A stretch of 64,000 nucleotides of DNA. It comes from Marsupella aquatica (lineage: Eukaryota; Plantae; Marchantiophyta). The stretch covers positions 10,811,832 through 10,875,831 of the forward strand of contig OZ316897.1 in NCBI GenBank assembly GCA_973895155.1, in the 5' to 3' direction. Made by a program: the position numbers and the translations under genes. Below, piece by piece: positions 1-11,827 of the stretch. How positions within the stretch are numbered: the stretch's first letter is position 1; each line of letters starts with the position of its first letter. The notes under the pieces are model-generated. The model worked only from the letters and a program-made list of their open reading frames with translations. It was not told the DNA's origin and searched no databases.

Positions 1-692
1 GCTCAGCCTCTTGAGCCGCAACTTTGTTCTTTAAGTATACGGACTCCACCCGGTACCGCTCTATCCTCTGAAGGGCCTCTGACTGGGCCCGACCTGCCTT
101 TACTGCGGCAACTAACTCCTGATTGAAGAAACAGGCTACCTTTCGGGCCATGAACTCCCCGGTATCCCGGGCAATTTGATGAGAGAAATCTCCCAGAAGC
201 CCGTTCAGAAATGTACCCGGTACGAAGAGTTTCGGGTGGTCCAGGTTGTGCCTGTCCGGAGTTGGGCACGGGCAGACGTCAACACGTGTGGGGGCCGGGG
301 CAATGACATCCAGCCCTGGGGACGTAATGTTGAAAGGGGCTGGAGTGTCCTCCGGCGGTAATGTCCGGTTCTCCAGAATAGCCACCGGTGGGTCTTTGGG
401 AGACCCGGGCTCGAGTAAGACCTCCGCCGTACCAACTTCTATACTTAGCCCGGCCTGTTGGATCGCATCCATGGTCGCGATAACCGATCCATCCGATACC
501 TCCTCGGTTACGACTACAGCTACTTGTGGGGTGGGTGAAGCTTGCGTGTCCGCTGGACTTCGGGCCTCGGGTTGGGGCCGTCTCTCCAAGGCCGGGAAAA
601 CCCACCTAGCTGGGACCAGCTTTGTAACGTTGACACGGGGAAGGGTTCGTTGATCAAATTGAGCGTACCACTCAAGAATGATCTTGATGTGG

Positions 693-2181
693 CTAGCAAA
701 ATACGCGCGCCTTCCCGCCAATGTATAGCGTCTTCCTTCGCCGCTCCATCTCTTCATGGAATTTCTTAGCGAAGTACGATGCCCACTTCCTAGGTCGATA
801 ATTCTCGACTTGGATACCCTGGGCGGCGGAGATCTCCCCCCGGGGTTCCATCATGTGGAGGGCGTACCTTTGGAACTCCAGTCGCTCAGCTATTTCGGGG
901 ATAAGGCAGGTCCTCATCACGAACCCGTTGTCCACTGCTCCTTCTGAGGGAAAACTCGAGGATTGGTACTTGGCTCCCTTGCCCCCGGGAGCCCGTGATT
1001 CAACTCGATGGTCGCCTTCGGGTAATCCGAAGATCATCTTGAGCCGTTCTTCCGTGAGGGACATATTCCTTCCCCGCAGCCGAGTATGCTGACGTGCGTC
1101 ATCATAATTCTTGACGAATTCTATCACATCCCTCCCCGTAGTACCTGCAAGTGTTCCAGGGAAGAGCGACGAGGTGCTCGAATCCCTGAGTCTTCAGGTA
1201 CATCGCATGCTTGGGATGGAGGATGTTCTTATGCACGTTTTCCCCCATGCGGTGCATTGTTATCTTGGCCACGGCTACCGTGGCCAATGGTAACCCGGAT
1301 GCAGTGGCGGTTTCCTTCCTCTTCTTCCCTCGTGACTGGCTCGGGGAAGGTGACACCTCCCCATCCTCTTGATCGGGCATAGGTAGTGCTACCGCCATTA
1401 GTATTGGTCCCGGGGCGGCCACGATCACCGTGTTGTCTGCTGGAACCGCTCCTTGGGTCCGAGCATGGGGAGGGGACAATGTAGTGTCGGCCCCCTGAGT
1501 GGTTGCTCCTCTGGGCCACCTGAGCAAGGGTGGGGTAGCCTCGTCATCGTCGCTAAGGTCCACAGCGTTGATGACGGAGCATACTTGTACTGCTGGCAAG
1601 GCGATCGGCGGTGGGGGTTGGCTAGGCTGAGGCTGAGACTGAGACTGAAGCTGAGCCTGAGCCTGAGTCTGCGTTGGTGCGGGTACGGGTATGGGGTCCA
1701 CTGGGCTAGCGCCGGTGGTTGCGGGTCTAGTTCCCATGAAGCTCTGCAGGTGCTGGTAGAAGTTCTCCGAAGCAAGTGCGGACGACCTTGTCGAACGGGT
1801 AGTGCTGGACTCGTTGTTGATGATAGCCCAAACCTGAGTAGGGATGTGGTCGAAGTGATGTCGTTGCAAGTTGATCATACCCGGGATATTGAAGACCTCG
1901 TCCGGAAGCCGAAGCAATGCTTCCCAGAAACCGATATATTTGTCTCCATTGAAGAAGTACCCAGATACCTCTGCTGGTCGGTAAAGCTCGCTTTGAGACG
2001 GATAGTCAAAGTTAAGGATGTAGTGGTGTCGTCCTGCTAGGCGGATGGCTCTCTCGTACTCGCGTTCGATTTTGTATCGGCGCGGGTTGGCGTGTTTCAA
2101 TGAGTCGGCCAAGTGTCTTTCGGTAGATAGGAACTGCGTCCAGAATCGAATGGCCAAACTGGAGAGGATCGTGTGCAACAT
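693..2181 (-). pseudogene. Retrotransposon accessory protein (frameshifted)
   Basis: ORFs 1102-2181 and 693-1127 join through a frameshift near 1130-1155 (LVALPWN / RDVIEFVKNYD). Motifs align with ORF 48002-48655. TATAAAAAGG lies on the minus strand near 2280-2289, about 100 bp upstream of the ATG. Confidence 0.6.
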
Positions 2182-2671
2182 TCAGAGGAGATAGTAGTGG
2201 CGACTTAGAGCGAACGAGAGAGCTGGGGTTGAAGCTGGCGCGTGGACTGATGGACTGGTGCACTCCAAAGGGTCGGCTCCCTTTTTATACCTTGAGGGCT
2301 TGCCTATCCCCTGTCATCTCCTCGTTGCCTATAGGCTGAACCGTTCACGCTTGTAGTGTACCGGCCACTCCGCCGGTCTGAGTCACCGCGTGTCAGTGGA
2401 CGCCTCCCGAAGTTCGTTATACAGACCCGAGGGAGGGGCCCCTCCACACTCGTAACCCGGGCGTGCGAATGGCGACGCGCCGCCAGTCCGAACATGAATT
2501 CCCCTTATTGACTAATGATTTTCTACTCATAATGGCTACCTAAATACTGTCGTCATGCTAATCATAGCGGCCTAAGATATCCCTAACACGCGTGCTAGGC
2601 ACGGTTTAGACCGAATTACTCATTACTCGCCGTAACGGCGGCGTCACAAAAAGCACCAATTAGAAGAAGCG

Positions 2672-3948
2672 GTGGCTTTGGAGAGAAGCAAGAAGGACGA
2701 GGTCATCCGGTGGCTTAGGGAGAAGGAAGCCGAGGTGGAAGACCTGCAGGCGGCCAAGAAAGCCCAAGATGAGTTGCGGATTAAGCGGCATGAGCTAAAC
2801 ATCATGCAGGGGCAGTTGGATACCGCTCAGTCTGACAATCAGATTATCAAAGATAAACTGACTCGGACCCAAGGAGAGTTGGCTGGCGCAGTCAAGGAGA
2901 GAGAGAAATGGAAGCGGGAGCTAAGGGATGCAGAGGAAGCCCACTTAGCAACCAAAAATCGGGCCATGGCGGAGAACCAGAGAAGGGCGAGGGCATTGAA
3001 AGGAGAGCTCAAAGATATCCGCGGAGCCCTTGAGCAGAAGGAAGCAGAGTTAGGGAAATCCTACCAAGGGATTATTGCGCTGCAGTAGGAGCTTGCGTCC
3101 CTGATGGCCAGCTTCAAGGCCGATCTGCGGGAAAAGGACGACCAGCTCGACCAGACTTATGCCAAGATGAATAAGATGGAGTCTGTGGTCGTCACAGAGC
3201 TCGACAGGGAGCTAATTGCAACCCAGGAGGAGAGGGCTACCTTGAAAAAAGAATTGGAGGAAGCCAATAAGGAGCTGGAGGAGGCGCGCAAGGACCTGGA
3301 CGAGACCCAGGAGGAGTTGGAGGAAATCACGAGGAAGATGGAGAACCTACAGCGGCGGGCCGACAACCAAACGGAGCGGCTGAAGACACAAGCCGTAGTA
3401 TTTAAATGCTTGGCTTCATCAGGTCCAACTCCAATTGGGGGAACCCAGTTACCAGGGGTAGTATTGGCCGCAGGACAAGCCGTAACACTCACCCCGGTGT
3501 TGGAGGTAAGTGGCAAGGGGAAAGAACCGGCTGTCAAAATAGGGAAGAAGAAGAAGCGTAAACCTCTAGGTCTGGGAGTTATACGGCTTCTCAAGCCATT
3601 GTGACCGAGAAGATAAACCCGGCACCAACCTCCGGCATCGGCACGGCAGTGGATCCACCAGTCCTAGGAAGTGGAGATGGCAAGGCCAAAGCCGGGAGAA
3701 CCAGTAATGTTGCCAAGGTACCAGATCCTCCACTAGAACATGTCGGGGAGGCTGTAGCCGTGGCAGAGGCCATAGCCATGACAAAGGCCGTGACCGATGC
3801 TGAGGCGGAAGCCGAGGGTGGACCCAGTCAGGCCGATGAAGAGTTGACTTGGTCAGGGGCAGGTAATCTGTCAGAGGACGGACCAACGGCAGTGGCTGCG
3901 GAGGAAGCGTTGGGGGCGTCCATTGAGGACCAGCCACCGGTGTTGTGA
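2672..3948 (+). pseudogene. TE-borne long coiled-coil protein, interrupted
   Basis: ORFs 2672-3088 and 3104-3604 are in frame across one TAG (likely CAG>TAG). The sequence is E/K/L heptad-rich with a basic KKKKRK patch, followed by a probable frameshift into the acidic 3601-3948 ORF. Confidence 0.5.
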
Positions 3949-4857
3949 CGGTGTAAGGGCGCCGTCCCTTTTAGGGAGGGCGGACGTGGAGGTAGGAGGC
4001 GTGAGTGGGCAGGGCGGGCGCTGATCTCCAAGTTTAGACTTAGGATCGGGATCAGGAGACGGCCCTGACACTTAGATTAGTGGGATTTTGGATCCACAGG
4101 TGTGGACGATACTTGTACTCCTGCCTCGCTGTAGTTAGGTAGATTACAGTTAGGTAAATTACAGTAGGTAGATTAGGCTTACGCTGCAAGGAATCAGGCG
4201 GATCCACAACCAAGATAAGTACCTGGGCTGCGGGGAGTTCAGGGCCTCTTCTTTAGCAAGTTTTTAGTTGCACCAGCAGGGCTGGGATCAAGTAGTAAGA
4301 GAAGCTCTCGGTTAGTTATACAGTGACCCTTGTATATATTCATGTTTCCTCATACTTAAGAACTGAATAGAGTTGGCCTCATGGCTTAGTTCACAGAGCT
4401 TGTGTATGAGATGTTTTGTTTGTATGGCAAGTGCATGGTATAATTCAGTCAGAAGGAGTCATTTGCTATTTGTGTGTCGCATTAACTTGTGTGAAGAGTG
4501 CCCACATCAACTAATAGAGGAATAGAAGTAAGCAGGGGAGTGAAGTTGGATGTGTCGAGCTGAGAGAGGTCTTAGCGGCTTAACCAAGCCAATTGGGGAT
4601 CATTCCGGCGGCGGAATCCAAATATACCTAATGGAAGACCAGGAGAGGAATACAAGGGAGGGACTAGAATAGGCCGGCTAAGTATCTCATGACCCGATGA
4701 AGGATCTGTCCAGTATATGTGTGTAAGATGTTAATAGAGGATTAGCAGCGTCCCATGCCGCTAAACCGCAGAAACGGCCTCGCCAAGGACGAAACCTACG
4801 GGAATCGGCTTGAGCAAGGGGGTTTCTTGGGTTTGGGGGGTCAGGGGACACACCACA

Positions 4858-7800
4858 ATTTCCAATGGGTCAATGTTGATGGGAAATGGAATCCCATGTC
4901 AAGTTGTTGGACTTGGATTTGTTATATTTCAGATGTTTGATGGTGTTATAAGAACGTTGAGGAATGTGAGACATATTCCCAGCATGATGAAAAATCTCAT
5001 TTCACTTGGGGTTTTAGAGGCAAATGGCCATCAATGGAGTTCTGCTAATGGTGTCCTTCAGGTTTCAACTGGTACTAAAGTTGTATTGAAGGGAAAGAGA
5101 CATAACTGTAATCTATACGTTTGGAGGGCAGTGTAGTCTATGATGAAGCCATTGTAACCTTATCTCATGAGGAGACTGCCCGGCCATGGCAGTTTCATTT
5201 GGGCCACATGAGTGAAAAAGGTTTGGTTATTCTTCAGAAGAAAGGATTACTTTCTAATTTGCAGTCTTGTAAGTTGGAATTCTATGAGCATTGTGTGCTT
5301 GGGAAACAGCACAGGAAACCCTTTGGAGTTGGTACTCACACCAGCAAGGATGTACTTGAGTATATACATAGTGATGTGTGGGGTCCATCCCCTACTCCCT
5401 CACATTCTGGATGATTATACTATGTCACGTTCATAGACGATTACCCAAGGTATATGTGGATCTACTTTCTACACAATAAGTCTGATGTTTTTGCCACTTT
5501 TAAGGAGTGGAAAGCCCAAGTTGAGAATCAAACTGGTAACAAGGTGAGATATTTTTGATCGAATAACGACAATGAATACAGTTTCGGAGAATTTGGAACG
5601 TATTGTAAGGAGTAGGGGATTACCCGCCATCTCACAACAAGTTATACTCCTCAGTAGAACGGTGTTTTTGAGAGACTCAACCGAACACTGCTGGACCGCT
5701 CAAGGAGTATGTTGAGTCAATCATGCTTACCACATGAGTTTTGGGCTGAAGCTGTCAACTCTGCAACTTATTTGGTAAATTTTTCTCCATCCAGTTCTAT
5801 TGGATTCAAGACGCCATTTGAAATGAGGTATGGGCGTCCAGCAGATTACTCACATCTGAGGATTTTTGGATGTGATGCTTATGTGCTTACACCTTCCCAA
5901 CTTTGATCCAAGCTGGAGTCCAAGTCGAAGAAGTGCATTTTCCTTGGCTACCAAAAAGGTGTGAAGGGTTATAGGTTATGGGATCCAGTAACCTGTAAAC
6001 TAATTGTTAGTAGAGATGTGTCATTTAATGAATCCAGATCATCAAAGGAGGGGGATTCTCAGGACTCCCATACTAACAAGGGGAAATCTCCCATCCCGGA
6101 CCAGGTTGAGGGGGAGATTAGTCATGATGCTGTTCATGACAGGAGAGATGGAGAAGCTCCGGGCGTGGAGCTGGTTCTTGTGATGGAACAAGAGGAGCAG
6201 ATTGTTGTTGGGGTACCTCAAATTCAGCTAGCAGTAGCAGCAGATCAGCCTGAATCATCTACTAGAAGAACTTCCAGTTGTTCTACTAGAGCCCCTACCA
6301 GGTATGGTCAATGGGCAGACTCATCTAAGCTAGATGATATTGACATTGCACCTGATGAAGATGATATGGCTTTGATCTTGGAAGAATGAGAGCCTTCTTT
6401 GTACAGTGAGGCTTGTGCTTCAGAGTAGAAGCATGAGTGGAATGCAACAATGTAGAGGGAGTTGCAATCTTTGAGTGACAACAAGACATGGGAGTTGGTG
6501 GAGCTTCCAAGAGCTCAGCAAGTGGTGGACAGCAAGTGGATTTACAAGTTGAAGGACAGTCTTTCAGAGAGTGGAGATAAGATCTACAAGGCAAGGCTTG
6601 TTGCCAAGTGATTCACTCAAGAGAAAGGAGTGGACTACAATGAGGTCTTTTCACTGGTGGCTAAGTATTCCACAATTCGGATCTTGTATCAACTTGTTGT
6701 GTTTTTTTGGTCTGGTGATGGATCAGATGAATGTTGTTATTGCTTTTCTCTATGGCAACTTGGAAGAGTTAATCTTCATGAGATAGCCACTAGGCTTTAT
6801 GAAGAAGGGCCAAGAGAACTTAGTTTGCAGATTGCTCAAGTCCTTGTATGGATTGACAATGGAACAAGCGGTTTGATAATTTCATGCTTGCTCAAGGTTT
6901 TACAAGGATGGTGTATGATCCTTGTGTGTATACGAAATTAGTCTAGAATGATGTATTTGGTTTCATCATTCTGGTGATCTATGTGGATGACATGCTGATT
7001 GTGGCTAAAGCGGGGGCTAAAGATCAATCTGAGGTTGACAGTCTCAAGGCAAAATTAAGTGCTAAATTCAGGATGAAGGATCTTGGTAAGGCCAAGAGGA
7101 TCTTAGGGATGGAGATTTTTAGAAACTCTGATACTAGACAGTTGTGCTTGAGTCAAGGCCAATATGCGAGAAAAGTACTTGCACGATTCAACATGGAAAA
7201 TTGTAAGCCAGTGAGTATTCCTTTAGCTTCACATTTCAAGTTATCATTGGCTTTCTCTCCTACAGATGCTGTGGAGAAAGGTCTGATGGCTAAGATTCCT
7301 TATGAGAAGGCAGTAGGCAGTCTGATGTATTTGATGACTTGTACTAGGCCTGACTTGGCCCTAGCGATGGGCAAGGTTAGCAGATTCATGTCAAATCCAG
7401 GGAAGGTACATTGGGAAGCTGTGAAGTGGATTCTCAGGTATCTGAAGGGAACACATGACTATGGATTACTATTTGATGCAAGATCAGATAGAATGTTAGT
7501 TGGCTATGTAGATTCTGACTATGGAGGCTGTCTGGATACAAGGAGGTCTACAACTGGGTTCGTATTTACTCTTGGAGGAGGATGTATCAGTTGGAAATCT
7601 ACCTTGCAAAAGTGTATATCTCAATCTACTACAGAAGTAGAGTATGTTGCAACAGCAGAAGCAGCAAAGGAAGCAATTTGGTTGGACAAGTTGATCGCGG
7701 AGATGGGTTTAGAACATGGCAAGATGACTCTAAACTATGATAGTCAGAGTGCTCTTCACTTGGCTGCTAACCAGGTGATGGATAGCAGGGTGAAGCACAT

Positions 7801-7960
7801 TGATATCAGGTACCATTTTATCAGGCAAGCAGTGTCTGATAAAACTTTTGAGCTAGTCAAGATTGATGGAAAGCTCAATCCCGCTGATGCCTTTACCAAA
7901 GTGATTCCTTTAGAGAGTTTCTCAAGACACCGTGCTACTTTGCAAGTTTTGCAGTTGTAG
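4858..7960 (+). pseudogene. Copia pol (PR-INT-RT-RNaseH) pseudogene
   Basis: Fragment ORFs 4810-5136, 5121-5414, 5709-5906, 5961-6389, 6571-6941 and 6974-7960 lie in Copia domain order. Confidence 0.93.
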
Positions 7961-8171
7961 TACAAGTAAAGTTATTTAGCAATGTGTGACTATTTGTATA
8001 ATTATGGATTACTCATTTGTGTTAGGCTACAGCTTAGTTCTAGTTAACCCTTACTTAACCCTTGTGGTTTTTAGGGGGAGACCTGGTTTGGTGATTGTCT
8101 AGAACTTCCCGTTGAGAATTCCATATGGTAGCATTTAGTCCAGTCCCCAAGACAAGAGTCAAGGGGGAGTT

Positions 8172-8515
8172 TGTTAGATATTGCTCTAGTCTTGTGACTC
8201 ATGAATTAACTACAGTTAGGCTAACTTGGGTTAGGACTTAGCTAATATTAGTGGTAGTGCTGTTGTGCATATAGCCAGGGCTGATGCCAGACCCTGGTGG
8301 AACTTAGGCTCATTGTTACGGAGCTAGTTGAGAGATAGGGAGAGCTTGTGCTGTGGATGTTTGGTATGGCCGGTCGGCCTAGAGTGCAGTAAAGTTCTTG
8401 TGAGTTCCCGTGGATGTAGCCTCATGTGGAGGTGAACCACGTATCTCTTTGTGTTGTCTCTTGTGCGTTGGATGGTTCATGGGCTTGCCGTTGCGAATGT
8501 CGTCTATGCTCAACA
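8172..8515 (+). repeat. Copia 3' LTR (344 bp, TGTTAG...CAACA)
   Basis: Follows the PPT and is near-identical to 23762-24105 and (reverse) 27307-27650. Confidence 0.95.
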
Positions 8516-10022
8516 CCATGAACTATTAAACTTTTGGCAAAAATTTCCAATTTGGATAACTTTGGTACTACCATTTATGCTCAACAGTTTTTGAGCATGT
8601 TCTTTGATGTCCACTCTATTACCTAACAAACATAAGACTTTTTTGGACACTTTATTCCATTTCTGGTGAGCACAATTAAAGACGGTCAAGTTGTGACTTT
8701 TGGAATGAGAAGCAAAAGTACCACTTTTGGGAACTAAGGATGTCTTAGTACTTTAGGCACTAGCCCCGACTACCCGTTCTTTGAACATGAATAGAGGGGG
8801 GGACTATAAAAATATCACCAAAATATATACCTTACTCACATTCTTTGAATGAAAAAAAATCATTATGCATGTCATCATTTTAATAATCATACATAACATA
8901 CCATACTCTTTTTTATGCACATCTCTTTTTCTATGCACATATGTTATGTTTGGGGCATAGAACCCAATTTTTTAATGCAAAAGAAATCATGACAAAAATC
9001 ATGCATGATTATCATACATCATAATCATGAGTTTTCTCAACCACATGATGAGCCATGGAGTTATGGTCTAGTGACTTCTATCTAGAAGCCTAGGTCACAA
9101 CTCTAGCCTATAGTTGGCTTATAGTAAGATGAATAGTGACTTGCCATTGGTTAAGTGAATTGAAACTGTAAAATATGTAATTAGAATCATTATATATGTT
9201 CTGCCTTAGTTAGTCCATATTATTTTGGCAACACTACTACAAATCAATGTGGCATGGGACTCTTTGCTTGCCAATCTGACAAATAATAGTTAAAAACAAT
9301 TTGGTCAAGGACGGACCAAAGGTGCTTCTTACAATGGTCAGCCCTTGCTACTCTCAGGAAAATATAACACTCATGAGGTGACAAGATAAGGAGACACTTA
9401 TCTTTGGAAAGTTGTAGGTCTCTTAGTTCTTACAAAATTTAGACAATGTTGGGCTTAAAAGACTGACACAAAGTTGCAAGTTTTTAACTAACCGAAAAGA
9501 CTCAGAGTGGATTGGTTATTGAGTGAGATATTGAATGTCAAAGTTAGGTGCTCAAATTTCACAATGTAATGCAATAGTCACTCGGTAAGTGCACACTCTT
9601 GGGAAAAAGTATCATTGGGGGTTTCGTTTCCACAAAACTGGCAAATCAAGCGTAACAAAAAAAATGGTCATTTTATCAATTCTAAGGGAATACTTCTATT
9701 TTTTGTGTAACTATTTTAGTGTATTTTAAATCCAAATTTGAGTCTTCTAAGAACATTAGGGTACTTTCAATCAAATTCTTGCAATATTCTAAGAAGTTTC
9801 CAGCTTTATAGGGGTAAATTTATTTTAAAAAAAATTACATTTTAGAGGGTCTAAGGCCTAAAAATGTCACAGGTGATGCAGGGCCTCTACAAAGTGAGAC
9901 CCCTAAGAAAGCATCCATTGTGCAAGTAACACATGTTTACACTATGTGATAAGTGCAGAAGTGTGCATTTATCTATCACTATGCATTATAGGAACTAACC
10001 CTAAATTGTACATCTATGTCCT

Positions 10023-10346
10023 TGTTAGACATTTACTTTTAGATCTAGGGTTACCACTATAATTGTAGTTAGAGCTAACCTTAGCCGCAGACCAGGTTAG
10101 GTTAACTAGGTTACACTATTGCTTGGATAGGAGGAAATCAAGTTCATTGTTACTGAACTAATTGAGAGATATAAAGATCTTATATTGTAGAGATTTGGTA
10201 TGGCCAATGGGCCTAAGTGCAGTAAAGCTCTCGTGTGTTCTTGTGGACGTAGTCTCAACTGAGTTAAACCATGTATCTCTTTGTGTTGACTATTTATGCG
10301 TTGGATAATCACGTGTTGCCGTTGTGAATGTCATCTTTGCTCAACA
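10023..10346 (+). repeat. Diverged Copia solo LTR (related subfamily)
   Basis: TGTTAG...GCTCAACA termini. The 3' half aligns with the 8172 LTR and the 5' half with 53984-54068. TSD is degenerate (GTCCT/ACCCT). Confidence 0.8.
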
Positions 10347-11307
10347 ACCCTAAACGTGATGCACTAGCCCCAAAGTGCAATTTTTACTCTATGGGAAAAT
10401 ACAATGCACATATCACTAAGTCAGAGTAATTCCATGGAAATGTGTGCTCACAAATGAGTGTTCATGTACACTTGTCCCAACATTGCACATATCAGGTTGT
10501 CATCCCTGTTTCAATTGACCAAAAACTGCAAAACAAGTGCAAACTCCAGGGGAAAAAGGGAAGTATTGAAATCCTTGCAGTTAGTCAGGTTTTGCAATTC
10601 TGTAGTGCACTAAGAGAACACTTCTGGATTGCGCACCTTCCAGTTAGTTCCATTGGCTTGGGGGGGGGGGGGGGGTACCGGCTAGGGGGGATGCATCTGG
10701 TCTCTAAAGTTCTGTCCTTCATCGATAACCAGTCCCCCTCCAAAACGGACGGCCAAGAGACACTTGTGCCTAGAATCTTAAACATTCTTAGATGCGATTT
10801 TACGAGGTTAGCATACCGTAGATTCTTAGGATCGACGGACAAAGATATCTTCACTCCCGTCGGGAATCTTTATCCACGATCTCGTGATCTGGTCATCATC
10901 GACGGCCTTCCTTCCCCCGAATGTTTCCGGTGGGCGCGATCGGAATTCTCTACCGGTTTCTTGTTTGGCCCTGAGAATTGCTCAGGTGTGAATTCACTCA
11001 CTCCGCTTATCGAACAGAGTGATGATTGCTCGACAGATTTATCGACGAGAGATTGAGCTTCACCTTCACTCGAACGCACATGAAAATCCGTCCAGGTTTG
11101 ATGTCCAAACGCATGTTACAGAATTCTTTTTGGGTCCGTGAGTCCATCCATTCGGAGTCAGTGCTCAAAGCTCTTTGTACCTTTCTGTTTAGTGTGGTGC
11201 ATTGTTGCTGACGGAGAGAACATGCCTTTCGTTCGGTTATTGCTTCACTTTAGAAGTCGTTGAGGCGGTAGAAAGCTTCCCGAGGGGTTGTTTGCATATC
11301 CCTGCTT

Positions 11308-11452
11308 GGGAATCTTCTCTCATGGGCTAGGCTGACATTTAACGGTCAATTTATTTCGTTGCTGCAGGAAATTGCTGAGGGAATCGTCTCTCATGGGCTA
11401 GTCTGACTTTTAAAGGTCAATTTATTTCGTTGCTGCAGGAAATTGCTGAGGG
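11308..11452 (+). repeat. 71-bp tandem duplication upstream of the MtnA-MtnK ORF
   Basis: GGGAATCnTCTCTCATGGGCTAG...TTGCTGCAGGAAATTGCTGA repeated at 11308 and 11379. Confidence 0.9.
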
Positions 11453-11827
11453 TGGCTCTGTTTCTTCGGACTGAAGCTTTGGCCGTGTGTGTGGACGTTG
11501 GCACTCGTGCAACTGTGAGTTTTCCCCTTTCATTCTAGAAGCTTTCAAGAACACATCCTTTTTCAATTTTAGACTCATCACGGCCGTGCTCCAGGCAGAG
11601 GCTGCGGTGTATTTCCATCGTGTTGTAATTGTAAAACCCTTTGTGAAACAGGTTGCAGTCCTCTTCCTCCGAAAGTGAATTGGATCTTGGTAGCTTTAGC
11701 TTACTGTTGGTAATCGCAAAGGAAGAGGGTGACAATGTGGCGAATATCAGGTTTTTAGGTAGACCTAAAACCCTTCGAGTTGTAGAGGAAATCCGAGTGA
11801 ATCGAGTGAATTTGGTGAATTGCGGCC

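Larger units (their letters stand above)
1..4857. mobile_element. Terminal part of an LTR-retrotransposon-like insertion (probably Gypsy) nested in the Copia pol gene; continues beyond window start
   Basis: GC-rich sequence ends ...GGACACACCACA at 4857. Copia protease sequence resumes immediately (ATTTCCAATGGGTCAATG, matching the Copia copy near 24.4 kb). It carries decayed accessory ORFs homologous to the one in the 46-49.6 kb Gypsy LTR. No gag/pol, PBS or clear PPT is visible in this part. Confidence 0.65.
4858..8515 (+). mobile_element. Ty1/Copia LTR retrotransposon, 3' part (decayed pol + PPT + 3' LTR)
   Basis: Protease tail, GAG-pre-integrase (HLGHMSEKGL..C..CVLGKQ), integrase (IHSDVWGP, FWAEAV), RT (IYVDDML) and RNase H (GYVDSDY, KHIDIRYHFIR) with many stops and frameshifts. 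PPT AAGGGGGAG at 8161-8169. Confidence 0.95.

Noticed and set aside
8516-10020. AT-rich stretch as a DNA transposon
   Set aside because: Looks repeat-derived but I found no TIR, TSD or coding remnant to support a call.
10442-11056. 204-aa ORF
   Set aside because: No recognisable motifs, runs through a poly-G tract and the probable promoter/leader of the fusion gene.
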